64,000 nt of DNA from Octopus vulgaris. Taxonomy: Eukaryota. Position 1 is the stretch's first letter; each line of letters begins with the position of its first letter. Positions 11,760-30,377 of this stretch are shown piece by piece. The translations under genes and the position numbers were made by a program. The notes under the pieces were generated by a model that was not told the DNA's origin, ran no database searches, and saw nothing but the letters and a program-made list of their open reading frames with translations. The stretch is taken from the NCBI GenBank assembly GCA_951406725.2, contig OX597819.1:62620001-62684000 (forward strand). Direction: 5' to 3'.

Positions 11760-11950
11760 CTTCCTACTATAGGCACAAGGACCGAAATTTTAGGCAGGGC
11801 CCAGTCGATCACATCGTTCATAGCGTTCAACTGGCATTTATGTCATCGACTCCGAAAGGATGGAAGGCAAAGTCTACCTCAGCGGGAGTTTGAACGTAAT
11901 GCTGCTATGCACTTTGTCCAAAAGATGCCAAAGATTCTGCGAGCTCGCAT
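11760..11950 (-). mobile_element. SINE family B, degenerate
   Basis: TCGACTCCGAAAGGATGGAAGGCAAAGTCTACCTC matches the family B core. Confidence 0.7.
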
Positions 11951-12514
11951 CATCATCACCATCATCTTCACCATTATCATCGTCTTCATCGCAGCTGCCG
12001 CCGTCACCACCACACCCACAACCACCACCACCACCTAACCCCCCCATCATCATCATCATCATTGTTATTAATATTATTGATATGAGAAAAGTCAAATCAT
12101 TGAAGGGAAGATTTAGTCTTCAGAATCGCTTATGGCACGTTTCTCAGAAGTATCTTACCGAATGTAAATATAATCTTTCAGACACTTTCTTTCACTCTAG
12201 TTGCAGAGTTAAATGCATTCATAGCGTATGCTTACATGCTTCTACTCCCGGCACACATACACGCACACAGGCACACACACATACACAAACGCGCGCGAGT
12301 TTGTGAGTACAACGTGTGTACAAATTAAGATTCTCATCCAGAAATCTCATTCATGTACATACATAAGCATGTATGTTTACGTATGTATGTATGTATGTAT
12401 CTATCTACACATACACATATATGTATATATATATATGCATATACGTACATTCATGCATAATCTCTCTCTATAAATATATATGTATATATGTAGATGTATA
12501 TATATATATATATG

Positions 12515-12561
<47 letters not shown>

Positions 12562-13067
12562 TCATACACATCTGCGTATATACGTAAAAAGATGCACACA
12601 AGCATACACGCACAGATATATATGAGCCTACTTAATTACCTCCCTCCATCCCCCCTACCTCCTCCCTACCTACCTACCTACCTACCTACCTACCTACCTA
12701 CCTACCTACCTACCTTCTTACATACTTACCTGTATACATACATTCATTCAAACATACACACAAACACTTAAAGGTCTAAAAAAATAAAAAAAAGCAAAGT
12801 CCAAGAGAAATGTGTTGGTTTGTGCAGGCAAAGATATGGTGAAGTTTGTGAGTTTGGTGATGTTTGGATATGTTTCAATGCCGTTGGGAGAAATTGAATC
12901 TGCCGTAGCAGGTCCCTTCTTTGGTCTGAAAGAGGAAAGAGTCGTGTTTTCATTTGAAAATATCTTTTCTATATTTCACTCGAATGGCTAGTCTCAAAAC
13001 ATCAGATTCAACTTTTCCCCACGGCACAGAGGGGTGGGGTGACCTTGCATGTGCGTATGTATGTATG

Positions 13068-13098
<31 letters not shown>

Positions 13099-13272
13099 GT
13101 ATGTATGTATGTATGTATGTATGCGTGTGTGTACGTACTTTTGTATGTACTTATGTATGTATGTGTGCATTTATGTACGTATGTATACATATATACATAA
13201 ACACACTTATGTATAAATATATGCATCTATACATATATACGTGTATACATACATAATACATACATATATATA

Positions 13273-13310
<38 letters not shown>

Positions 13311-13312
<2 letters not shown>

Positions 13313-13426
13313 TGTCACGTGACCGACCAGGCTATCAGATGTTGCTACATATCGCTGGTCACAATGCGCTTCGCATTGTTTTAGCCTTCAAATGACGCCA
13401 CACAGCTGGCTACGCGATCAGGCCAA
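13311..13426. repeat. GC-rich, highly structured island embedded in (TA)n; probable repeat fragment
   Basis: Hairpin ACAATGCG-CTT-CGCATTGT and inverted GTGACC/GGTCAC; (TA)n on both sides. Confidence 0.5.
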
Positions 13427-13575
13427 TATATATATATATATACACATACATTAAATGTGCATGTGTACATTATATATGTAAATATATATATACACATACG
13501 TGTGTGTACATCTATACATATGGTGTGTGTGTACTGTCCTATGAGCACAAGGCTATGAGAAAGACTAAGATTGAA

Positions 13576-13606
<31 letters not shown>

Positions 13607-13759
13607 GAGCGAGAGAGAGCGAGAGAGGGAGGGAGAGAGAGAGAAAGTGAAAGAAAAAGTTGTTAGGAATGCTCCCTGAAAGTGGTCACCGAAGATTTCT
13701 AAACGTCTCGAGCTCTTCTTGTCCATGTTTTTTTTACTCTACCTCTCTGTCATGCTCGA

Positions 13760-13890
13760 AGTAATGGCAATCGGACAAAATGCTCAGTGGTATATTTTCC
13801 GGTTCTTTACACTCTGAGTTTACTTTCCACCAGCAAGTTTAAGTTAGCCCTTCATCCGTTCGAGGATGATAAAATAAGTACCACTTGAGG
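13760..13890 (+). mobile_element. SINE family B, old copy
   Basis: GCCCTTCATCCGTTCGAGGATGATAAAATAAGTACCA core. Confidence 0.6.
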
Positions 13891-14145
13891 GAGCCGACTT
13901 ATATATTTCCCTTTAAACCATTAACTGCCAATTCTTTAAAATTCATATTTTTGGCGCTCTGACAGGTGTCTTAAGAGTTAAAATTATATATAGTATCCAC
14001 ATTTTCTTCGTATGTGAATTATTATGGAAATTATAAATTTTTCGAAAAGTCACAAATGGAGATCGCTGAAAAAAAAATCATATTTATCCTTTTCTGTTCT
14101 ATTGCAGTAATGAATATTTTAGCTTTTTGAAACTATAGTATCAGC

Positions 14146-14613
14146 ATACAAAAGATATGCAGCCCATATGACATCAGGACAGTATCCAAGAGTAATACAA
14201 CACTTCGCAAATATCTCCTTCGAGTAAAAAACACCAATAGAAGAAGATATTATCGAAGACCGCGTACATTCCATCCCATGCAACTCTGTTAGGTTATACA
14301 AAGGCGAAACATGCCGCCCCTAAAAATAAGGGTAGATTTATTGATAAATCGGGGATAGCTGATCATGTATGCAAAAATGGAGACCACCTCCCCCTGTGGG
14401 CTTAAGTTAAAATAATAGACCGAGAACACCACTGGAAAATACGAAAACTAAAAGCAGCACGTATGCTGGGACACAACAACCTCCTAAGCAGACCGAGTGC
14501 AAATATAAATAGCATATGGGAACCGGTATTAGGGAAGGATAGGAAAATATTAGATTTTATAAGCCCTAAAATTCACTCCATAATTGCCCACGGGCATATG
14601 GCGTAGTGGTTAA
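14146..14613 (+). mobile_element. Penelope-like element 3' end: GIY-YIG endonuclease relic fused to the tRNA-like head
   Basis: IQKICSPYDIRTVSKSNTTLRKYLLRVK/TPIEED..VHSIPCNSVRLYKGETCRP/..DKSGIADHVCKNGDHLPLWA*VKIIDREHHWKIRKLKAARMLGHNNLLSRPS..SIWEPVL, followed at 14585 by TGCCCACGGGCATATGGCGTAGTGGTTAA. Confidence 0.88.
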
Positions 14614-14619
14614 TGAAAT

Positions 14620-15115
14620 TAATGTTCATCACTATTTATCAAAATACTCGGCAAGCAATCTCCTTTCACTCCTTATGCATTGGTCTATACTCAGCCACCA
14701 TTCTTTCTTTTCATATACAGTCTGTTTACGTTTGCTTTAGGGTGTAGCGCTCTATGCAGCATCATCAACTTTCTCGTCCTTCTATCCAGTGTTGATATTT
14801 CCTCCTTAGTCCATTTAAGGATGGACGCACTATATCTGACCACTGCAACTGCCCAGATATTCATTGCGGTAATCAAATTTTTGGCTTTCAGGTTGGGTTT
14901 CAGCACCATCTTCACCCTTTTTTGAAACGCCTCGCTGACTTTGACTTTCATTTCTCTGTGTAGAATGTCATCCAGCTCCCAAATCCCTGAATATCTATAC
15001 CCACTACCGTCGGGTTCACCCATGGTCTCTCCTGATGGTAACCGCGATCCTCTGCAGGATGCTTTCTTTCCTCTTTTCATATTAATCCCAAATTCCATAC
15101 CGATGTCTCTATCAC

Positions 15116-15116
<1 letters not shown>
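14620..15116 (-). mobile_element. R4/Dong-type non-LTR RT (thumb region) fragment
   Basis: ORF 14691-15098: MEFGI..GYRYSGI..NLITAMNIWAVAVVRYS..LDRRTRKLMMLHRALHPKANVNRLYMKRKNGG. Confidence 0.9.
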
Positions 15117-15146
<30 letters not shown>

Positions 15147-15261
15147 CTTCTTCTTCTTCTTCTTCTTCTTCTTCTTCTTCTTCTTCTTCTTCTTCTTCTT
15201 CTTCTTCTTCTTCTTCTTCTTCTTCTTCTTCTTCTTCTTCTTCTTCTTCTTCTTCTTCTTC
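15117..15261. repeat. (CTT)n microsatellite
   Basis: Direct reading. Confidence 0.97.
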
Positions 15262-15404
15262 CATCCAGCTCAAAACGTCCCTGAACAAGGGCTGTTTAAG
15301 GATGTTGAACAAAACATCCATGTTTCTAAAGGTGAATTAACCAAACTCCAAAGAATTCCTCTCAACACATGGCTATGATGCTCTCCCACTACTCGTGATC
15401 AGAG
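15262..15404. repeat. Fragment of an unclassified interspersed repeat (longer copy at 23322-23818)
   Basis: CCATCCAGCTCAA..AAAGAATTCCTCTCAACACATGGCTATGATGCTC matches ~23527-23680. Confidence 0.75.
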
Positions 15405-15462
<58 letters not shown>

Positions 15463-15483
15463 GCATTATCATTATTATTATTA

Positions 15484-16180
15484 TTTTTTCCTTCTTTCTT
15501 CAAATATTCTTCCGTTTCTCGCCGAGTATTTTCCGTACACCTAGGGCAGAGAAGCACATTATATGCATTCCCAGATTACACACGCAAATTCACAGATAAA
15601 AAATATGTATTTAAAAAAGTAATAAATAAATAAATTCATGGATGGATGTTGTTTTCACAGCGATAATGCTCTTCTCAGTACATGAGTCGTTCCAATTAAC
15701 ACGATTTTTCGCACTTCATGTAGGGATGGTAAGCCTGGTATCATTTCCAAATTAAGGCGGCGAGCTGGCAGAAACGTTAGCACGCCGGGTGAAATGCGTA
15801 GCCGTATTTCGTCTGCCGTTAGGTCCTGGGTTCAAATTCCGCCGAGGTCCACTTTGCCTTTCATCCATTCGGGATCGATTAAAAAAGTACCAGTCACGCA
15901 CTGGGGTCGAATTAACCAACTTAATCCGTTTGTCTGTCCTTGTTTATCCTCTCTGTGTTTAGCCCCTTGTGGGTAGTAAAGAAATAGAAATAGGTATCAT
16001 TTCCAAATAGGGTTAAGTGCCTTGTTTTTAATCATTCCTAGAGTTCCTACAATCACTGGTACTGTAGTCGCCTTGAGATGCCACATTTTTCAATTTCTAT
16101 TAGCAGGTCTTTATATTTACTGACCTTGTCAAATTCTTTCGCCGCTATATTGTGATCGCAAGGATGTCAATTAATAAACA
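15484..16180 (-). mobile_element. Dong/R4-type LINE 3' end (restriction-like endonuclease C-terminus + 3' UTR) between (TAA)n tracts
   Basis: PCDHNIAAKEFDKVSKYKDLLIEIEKMWHLKATTVPVIVGTLGMIK..YLEMIPGLPSLHEVRKIVLIGTTHVLRRALSL*; (TAA)n on both sides. Confidence 0.88.
15753..15992 (+). mobile_element. SINE family B, full length, nested in the Dong element
   Basis: 16-bp TSD GGTATCATTTCCAAAT at 15737-15752 and 15993-16008. Confidence 0.92.
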
Positions 16181-16240
<60 letters not shown>

Positions 16241-16276
16241 AATTACTATTGTTGTTGTTGCTGTTATTAGTATTAT

Positions 16277-16452
16277 AAAGGCGGTGAGCTGGCAGAATCG
16301 TTTGCACGTCAGATAAAAAATGCTTAGGAACATTTCGTCCGTCTTAAAATACTTAAATCAAATAGCGCTGAGGTCGACTTTACCTTTCATCCTTTCTGGG
16401 TCGATAAAATAAGTACAACTTGAACACTGACCTTATGCCAAAATTTGAAACC
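16277..16452 (+). mobile_element. SINE family B, degenerate
   Basis: AAGGCGGTGAGCTGGCAGAATCG head and core. Confidence 0.75.
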
Positions 16453-16741
16453 ATCATCATCATCATCATCATCATCATCATTATTGTTGTTGTTGTTGTT
16501 GTTTTACTATCACTTCAGTTATCAAAGGGACTTTTCAATTGGTTTCGTATTGTTTCTGTCTTGACAATCTACTGATTTCTCTATCGATTATTATGTTTTC
16601 ACAAGTGGACGGTGATTAATAGCCTGCCAGGCTTCAATTATCGTTGATCTGTCAGTATGGCCCTCTATCTGTCTATATAGATATATATGTATCTGTATGG
16701 AAGAAATATCTGTCTCTTTGCCTGACCGTCTCTCATTATCC

Positions 16742-16829
<88 letters not shown>

Positions 16830-16969
16830 AATCCTCCATGCATTAATCTGCCCATCTGTCCATTCATCCATCCATGCATCTATCTATCCATCTATCTCTA
16901 CATGTATGTGTTCATCATACGGCCATCTCTGCAGCAGTTCATTCATGTGTCTGTCCGATTTATTATCTC

Positions 16970-17034
<65 letters not shown>

Positions 17035-17362
17035 TTTTCTTTCTTTTTTTCTTTCTTTCTTTTCTTGTCTTTCTTTTTCCTATCTATCTTTTCTTTTTAT
17101 TCTTTTCATTGGAATGAATAACTAAATTTATTTCTTCGGTCACAGTATGTGCATATGATAGCCAAGGTTACATGCAAAGTTTAAGTTGCATCGTATTTCC
17201 GCTGATGAAGGTTTCACATACATACATACATACATACATACATACATACATACATACATACATACATACATACATACATACATACATGCATGCATGCATA
17301 CATAATACATACATACATGCATACATACATACATACATATATAAAGCTAATTCGAATTATAC

Positions 17363-17648
17363 ATAAAGTTAATACGAAGTCTACAGATCCAATCCATCAC
17401 TGGAGCTGTAAAAATCTGTAAAACTTGCCAGAAGTTTATCATATTTAAATATTGTCATGTCTAGATATGCAACCAGATGCATGAGAATATATACATAAAA
17501 CATACCAAGCTGCACTTTCATACATACATACAAGCAAAAATACCCTGTTGATGATGTTAAAATTCCAATGAAGGATCCTTGGATCTGGGTTAGAAACCGG
17601 TTCTTTCTCTATTGGCATGAAATATTGAAGTAAACTGAATAATGACAT
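17363..17648 (+). mobile_element. 3' end of an R4/Dong-like LINE embedded in (CATA)n
   Basis: KLIRSLQIQSITGAVKICKTCQKF plus 3' UTR; homologous to 38090-38628. Confidence 0.7.
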
Positions 17649-17827
17649 ATATACATACATACATACATACATACATACATACATACATACATACATACAT
17701 ACATACATACACACAAACACAGAGACACAGAAATACACACTCATACATACCTATAAGTATGATTAGATGATCTCAGGGCGCAACAGTTCTACCATTCAGG
17801 TTTTCTCTCTTATTGTAATCCCATAAA

Positions 17828-18179
17828 TGTGCTTACCAACCACATGGTTCTGAGTTCAGTCCCACTGCGTGGCACCTTGGGCAAAGTGTTCTCTAATATA
17901 TCCTCGGGCCGACCAAAGCCTTGTGAGTGGATTTGGTAGACGGAAACTGAAATGTACATGTATGTATATGTATGTGTGTGTTTGTGTGTCTGTGTTTGTC
18001 CCCCAACATCGCTTAACCGATGCTAGTGTGCTTACATCCCCGTAACTTAACGGTTCGGCAAAAGAAACCGATGGTATAAGTAATAGGCTCACAAAGAATA
18101 AGTCCTGGGTTCGATTTGCTCGACTAAAAAGGCCGTGCTCCAGCATTGTCGCAGTCAAATGACTGAAACAAATAAAGGA

Positions 18180-18180
<1 letters not shown>
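17828..18180 (+). mobile_element. SINE family A
   Basis: Matches 7316-7720. Confidence 0.88.
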
Positions 18181-18697
<517 letters not shown>

Positions 18698-18707
18698 TAT
18701 ATATATA

Positions 18708-18895
18708 TCACCATGATTGACCGCTACCTACTAAAGGTTTCTTTTTTTATTATCTCTCTGTTTATTTTCTCGTGTTCCTTTCTGTTGAAGAGGTAGACTC
18801 GAAACGTAAAATACTTTCTTACCTTCCTGAGCGTTAAACGTGTCTTTTGCTTACACACCTGTCTTCGTGTTTTGTTTTTAGTAAATTCCACCTAT
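18708..18895 (+). mobile_element. (TA)n-embedded ~190-210 bp element with hammerhead-like motif (family 2)
   Basis: CTTT-CTGTTGA-A-GAG(GTAGA)CTC-GAAA-CGTA-AAA; homologous to 43962-44172 and to the palindrome arms. Confidence 0.7.
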
Positions 18896-18897
18896 AC

Positions 18898-19051
<154 letters not shown>

Positions 19052-19507
19052 ATGTTTGTGTACATACACACCCTCATTCGCTCACATAAATCTGTGGCGA
19101 CTGTCTTTCAATTTCCGCTAAGAAATTAATTGAGGAGGCTCTATTCGGCACAAGGCTATAGCAGAAGACATCTTCTCAAAGTGCCATGCAGTGGGACTGA
19201 ACTCGAAGGCACCTGCTTTTAAATGTATAACTCGAAATGAAGCTGGAGTTGACAACATTTTTCTGACTTGTGTGAATTTTATGTTCTTTCCATCATAAGC
19301 ATTTAGAAATTTCATGAAATGTGACGAAAAATTATTTTCAACGGTGGAAGCAACACTTTTAATACAAGCTATTATTTTATAGCTTTATCTGCTTCAGGTT
19401 ACACTGTTAAAAAATGTAATAGTACAGTAATCACTCGATTTTCGTGGGTTTTACGTTCCATCCCCCACCCCGCGATAGGTGAAAATCCGCGAAGTAGAAA
19501 CAATACT

Positions 19508-19814
19508 TTATTTACATTATTTACATTATTTGCATTCGACGGATATTTGTCCTCATCTTGTTACTTGTTGACACAACGTTTCGACTGATATACCCTCCAG
19601 CCTTCATCAGGTGTCATGGGGAAATTTCGAACCTGGGTTCTCATTCCTAAGGTGTTTTTCGATGTTGTTGTTATTATTATACAGGTCACTGCCTGGAATC
19701 GAACTTGGAATCTTGGGGTTAGTAGCCCATGCTCTTAACCACTATGCCATATGTCTGTGAGATGTAAATAATGTAAATATGTACATAATTCCACTTCTCT
19801 TAAATATAGAACTG
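19508..19814 (-). mobile_element. tRNA/hammerhead pLTR-like module with inverted tail
   Basis: Minus-strand body ~19508-19760, then plus-strand tail to AGAACTG (19814); TSD TAGAAACARTACT at 19495-19507 and 19815-19827. Confidence 0.88.
19570..19615 (-). ncRNA. Minimal type-I hammerhead ribozyme motif
   Basis: GACAC-CTGATGA-A-GGCTG..CAGTC-GAAA-CG-TT-GTGTC (perfect stem I). Confidence 0.82.
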
Positions 19815-20282
19815 TAGAAACAGTACTGTACTGTATATTTTTAGAAAATGCTGAAAGTTTCGGCGACACCGTAGGGCTTAAAATAAATTCAAAATTTTAC
19901 ACACAAATGCAAAACAATACCACACACTCGCTTCCCGGGTTTCGTTTTCCATACAGTATGTGCGATTCTTTGTTTACTCCTCAACAATACACTATCTATT
20001 TTCTTTTAATATATTTTAATTAATGTGTTATACAGTGTAATTCTGTGCTCTATATTTATTTATCTATTTATTAATTTTCAGGGCTGAAAATGCTTATTTC
20101 CCCACAGAAATATTTGAAATCTAAGAGAACATAAATACCTATCGGCCGTAGTAACCCGCGATATACTGCGGAGTCCGCGATATAAATTTACACATATTAG
20201 CCAGAAAAATTCCGCGTTGCATTGAGGGTGTGGTAAGATAATTGCGATATGGCGAGTGATCACTGTATAATGTTTACTGCGA

Positions 20283-20520
20283 GGGAAAACGTGGCTGGAC
20301 GTATCACAGGCGGTGAGAAGTGGAGAGATGCGGGTACGAGACTAGACATCTCCGAGGATTAAAAGCCATTAAACCATTATGTAGCGAAAGAACAGAGTGG
20401 AGACAGCAGACTTGTGGGTCAGTGGCTAAAATGCATTCTGATACTAGTACAATGTCCATCAGAGAATGACCCTTCTCTGGCAGACGTCCAAGACATATGT
20501 GTGCAACGCAGAAAGACATT
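20283..20520 (+). mobile_element. Possible RTE-type LINE 3' fragment
   Basis: GKTWLDV../..PLCSERTEWRQQ resembles the RTE C-terminal KTW..R..WR pattern; weak. Confidence 0.35.
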
Positions 20521-21094
20521 TTGAGTCCTAATTAATTATCTTTTTATCTTTTTTTTGTTTCACTCAATGTACTACGACCATACTGGGACATCACCTTGAA
20601 GAATATTCGGTAAAAGAGACTGATAGAATAAGTGCTGAAGCCATAGGATCGATTCTTGTTGACGGTACCCCAGCATGGCCGCAGTGTAATGACTGAAACT
20701 AATAAAATAAAAATGTAAATAAACAAATAATATTCAATCATGTCAACTTGGTGTCCCGTTGATATCGAGGTGTGCTAATGTGTCCCAAAGGATCTGACCG
20801 AGTTGTTTGATGTTTTCTCTATTCACTTCATAATATATCATTGAAATACTAATTTATATTCTCCAATGAGAATAGCGAGGAAGTGTATCAGGTGTGCTTT
20901 TTAACTTTTGTTTTTCGACCTAAAAAAACGCCAAAGAAGTGTTGTTTGTATTTATCCAAACAATATCTGTGCACACATACACAGACGTTCTGATATACAT
21001 ATACATACATACTTGTATGCGTACATACATACGTATACATATATGACTGTGTATATGTATGCGTGTGTGCGTGTATATACATATATATATATAT

Positions 21095-21257
21095 CGGCGC
21101 AGGATTGGCTGTGTGGTAAGTAGCTTGCTTACTAACCACATGGCTCCGGATTCAATCCCACTGCATGGCACCTTAGGCAAGTGTCTTCTACTATAGCCTC
21201 GGGCCAACCAGAGCCTTGTGAGTGGATCTGGTAGACGGTAACTGAAAGAAGCTCGTC

Positions 21258-21301
<44 letters not shown>

Positions 21302-21482
21302 GTGTGTGTATATGTGTGTATTCCCACCATTGCTTGACAACCGATGCTGGTGTGTTTATGTCCCCGTAACTTAGCGGCTCACCAAAAGAGAGCCGATAGA
21401 ATAAGTACTATGCTTACAAAGAATAAGTCCTGGGGTTGATTTGTTCGACTAAAGGTGGTGCTCTAGCATGGCCGCAGTCAAA
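21095..21482 (+). mobile_element. SINE family A
   Basis: Full head GGCGCAGGATTGGCTGTGTGGTAAG through to the tail. Confidence 0.88.
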
Positions 21483-21534
21483 TATAAAACAATATAAAAA
21501 CAAATATAAAATATATATATGAGTGTGTGTGTGT

Positions 21535-22060
21535 AACATATGGTACAATTATAGATATCCAACCTAACTGCACATTTTCCCAATCTACCAGTACAAAGAA
21601 ACAGTTTGTGTACAAGAACGTTTAAATAAAGAAAATTTATTTATCGAAAAGTACAGAACACGCCGGAATATGAACGCATAACCAATTCCGGTAATTGATG
21701 TTCTCATATCCAACGCTGTAAATATTTCATCTCCCTACTTTAGCTTTTGAGTTTTCGTATATTCATTGATCCTCGCGTCACAAAAATGAGCAATTACCTC
21801 CCTTGTCCCGAATAATAACGATCACCAATTACCCCCATCCCTTAGATTTTTTTTACTTGTTAATTCATTCACAAACTCTCGTGCTCAATATAGACTAAAA
21901 TCTCCTGAAGAGAATACGAAATTGCAATAATGTTAATGTCATGATTAGCGAAAGCGAAACCGGGCAACAAACACAATGCTCTTTTACTTATAAGATATAT
22001 TATATTATAAGATGTATTAAAACTATGTAAACCGTGTGCCTTTTCGTTCTTTTATATTTT
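21535..22060 (+). mobile_element. Probable second Penelope-like 3' end (GIY-YIG C-terminus + UTR)
   Basis: DIQPN../IFPIYQYKETVCVQERLNKENLFIEKYR resembles a PLE endonuclease C-terminus; downstream CCTGAAGAG..CGAAACCGG remnants. Confidence 0.55.
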
Positions 22061-22286
22061 ATATACATATATACTTTTTGCGTATACAGAGTGCGATAGA
22101 AATACCTCCCACATTTGAAAGGTTGGCAAAAGGAAAACTAAACAACGTTTATGAAAAATTAATTTTACTGTTGTTTAAACAAGGGGTTACATCTTTTGTT
22201 CCTTAGCTAAATGAAAACATCATTGGCACATAAGTTCATTAGCAACACATAGGTGAAAGATTAAAAAGTGGGAGGTATAAAAAGTG

Positions 22287-22336
<50 letters not shown>

Positions 22337-22347
22337 TTATGTATGTA

Positions 22348-22474
<127 letters not shown>

Positions 22475-22576
22475 GTATAAATATAAATATATCTGTATAT
22501 ACAAGCATATATACACACACACACACTCATATATATATATACAAACATATATATATAATATAAATCCATATGTATA

Positions 22577-22607
<31 letters not shown>

Positions 22608-22850
22608 ACTGACATACATACACACATATATATGTGTGTGTATGCGTATGTGTGCGCGTGTGTGTACGTGTATGTGTATGTGTGTGAGTATGTAATGAAT
22701 ATGATGTTTTTAACATTATCAATATTTATCAGTCTACATTATTAAACAAAACTCTAACACAGAATTCTTCATTATGTTTACACGCGAAGTTTTGTATGCT
22801 CAAGTGGATAAACATACATATACATCCATACAAACATGGGGACAACTAAA

Positions 22851-22885
<35 letters not shown>

Positions 22886-23321
22886 GCATGTAAGCATCCG
22901 CATCTCATTTGTACACATACCGACAAATATACACTAACATACATTAACAGCATTAACCTAACGGGTCTCAGAGGGTCATAAGCAAATGTCATAAGCACTG
23001 TCCACTCCGCCTACCACAATAAAGATAAAAAGCAGAAAAAAAGAAAGAAATATAGATAAGCACGCATACGTGCACACATATACACACACCCACCTATATA
23101 CAATTATCAATATCTACAGGAAGGACATCTTTAGAGAAAGTGTCTGTGTTTTGTTTTAACATTTAGTTGTGAAGCCCCGATCGTTTTCGAATTTTTTATG
23201 ATTATTTTATTTCTCAGAGCTCTCGTTCTTACCTGCTTTGGTTGATTCTTTCCACAAAATAAAAGCTTTCATATTTGGATGTTAACTTATCGTGGGCGGC
23301 TATTATTAATATTACTATCAC

Positions 23322-23818
23322 GAGAGAGCAGTGCATGCACATCAAAGTGACACTGGGGTAAAATGCACGAAGCCCAGTAAACCCATCGTGACTACACGTC
23401 TGATAAGGGTACACAAGGCATATGCATCACAACCATATGTGCGCGACATAGTGATCTCATATCAAGATAAACAGTGCATGACCTTGCAGATGGGGCCCAG
23501 TTAGAATATTCCTCTGGTCGAGTAGCCCATCCCGCTCAATAGGTCCTTGAATAAGGTTTTTTTTAAAGCTGTTGAACGAAACACCCCTATTTCCAGAGGT
23601 TAATTATCCAAACCGCAAAGAATTCCTCTCAGCACATGGCTAAGATGCTCCTCCACTACTTTTGCTTGTATTCAGAGCTGTACATATCGTCTGCGACTAG
23701 GGACATGCTCAACTGGTTAAAGTCAAACAACGGACAAGCAAACCTGTGGTAATGAGCATAATATTGGCTGTAGCCCATCTTTTATACCAAGACAATACAT
23801 ACAAAATAACACTTCCAG
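23322..23818. repeat. Unclassified ~500-bp interspersed repeat
   Basis: Partial second copy at 15262-15404. Confidence 0.65.
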
Positions 23819-23821
23819 TGC

Positions 23822-23868
<47 letters not shown>

Positions 23869-24084
23869 TATATATATGCATATACATTATATATATATAT
23901 GTATATATATATACATATATATGTGTCTGTGCGTGTGCGTATGTGTGTGTGCATGTGCGTATGTGCGCGTGTTTGTGTATATGTATGCATGTATGCATGT
24001 ATGTATGTATGTATCTCTCTATCCATATATATGTATATATGCATATATATATATATGTACTTGTATGCATAATCTATGCCCGCG

Positions 24085-24141
<57 letters not shown>

Positions 24142-24389
24142 ATGCATGTATGTACGTTGTGTCAGAATTTGCGCATATGTATAAACACTGTTATGTCAAT
24201 GATTCGATATCGTATATTGCTGGAGCTCACTTAATCACCCAGTTATCCCGATGTAAACAAGATCTCCCAGTAGATGTCGCTGCAATCTATTGTCTCCATT
24301 GATTAAAAGAATGCGCGGACAGCAGAACGTATCGGCATTTTGTAAATACGTGCGACTGATTGCATGAGCCTTCCAATGCAATATAGTGT

Positions 24390-29650
<5,261 letters not shown>

Positions 29651-29900
29651 GGATATATGTTTGCGCGTGCGCGCCTTTGTATGCGCGTACCTAAATTGAT
29701 GTCAAGGCTGACAGCTTGAGAAAGAATGAGAAAACAAATTTGTAGTCATTAGTTTTACATGCGTTCGACATATGAATATAGAAATGTATGTGAGATTTCG
29801 AGCCTAAGATTTGGACAACGATAGATACATAGAAAGTGGATAAAGGAGAGAAAGGAGTAATAGATAGATAGACAATAGACAGACAGACTGATAGATAGAC

Positions 29901-29966
<66 letters not shown>

Positions 29967-30377
29967 GTAGATAGATATGTGGAGGAAAGGGAGAGGGGAA
30001 TGTGGAAATGAGTGGTAGAACGAAATGGTAAAAAAGGGAGAGAAGCAGAAATCATTTGAATCAACGTGAAGCTGCGTCAAAAATTGCAGAAATAATGGTC
30101 GGGATGAAAGCAGTTTTGTGCATACAACAGGAAACCAAATGTGCATCGCTGTTATTGTGTGTATTTGTGTGTGTGTGTTTGTGTGTGCGAACGTCTGCGT
30201 CCTAATAAAATGTCTGTGCGTGTTAAGTAGTATCCGACTGTGCTTTTTGTTTTCAACGCTGGTGCGTCCATTTTTCTTAGTGTGCGTTTGGAGGCGTATT
30301 TCTTCCATTGTTTCGTTAGAATTTACCAGTTACGCATGAAGGTAAAAAAAAAAACTTGCTTTCCAACTTGCTTTCCA

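Larger units (their letters stand above)
19425..20265. mobile_element. Tigger/pogo-type MITE
   Basis: TA TSD; TIRs CAGTAATCACTCG / CGAGTGATCACTG; interrupted by 19508-19814. Confidence 0.8.

Noticed and set aside
12765-13050. Cys/Trp pattern resembling a PHD finger of pogo-type elements
   Set aside because: Too degenerate to call without a search.
17564-17605. Hammerhead-like CCAATGAAG..GAAACCGGTT
   Set aside because: The core has two changes at invariant positions and lies in a REL-LINE 3' UTR; the second copy (38546) deviates further.
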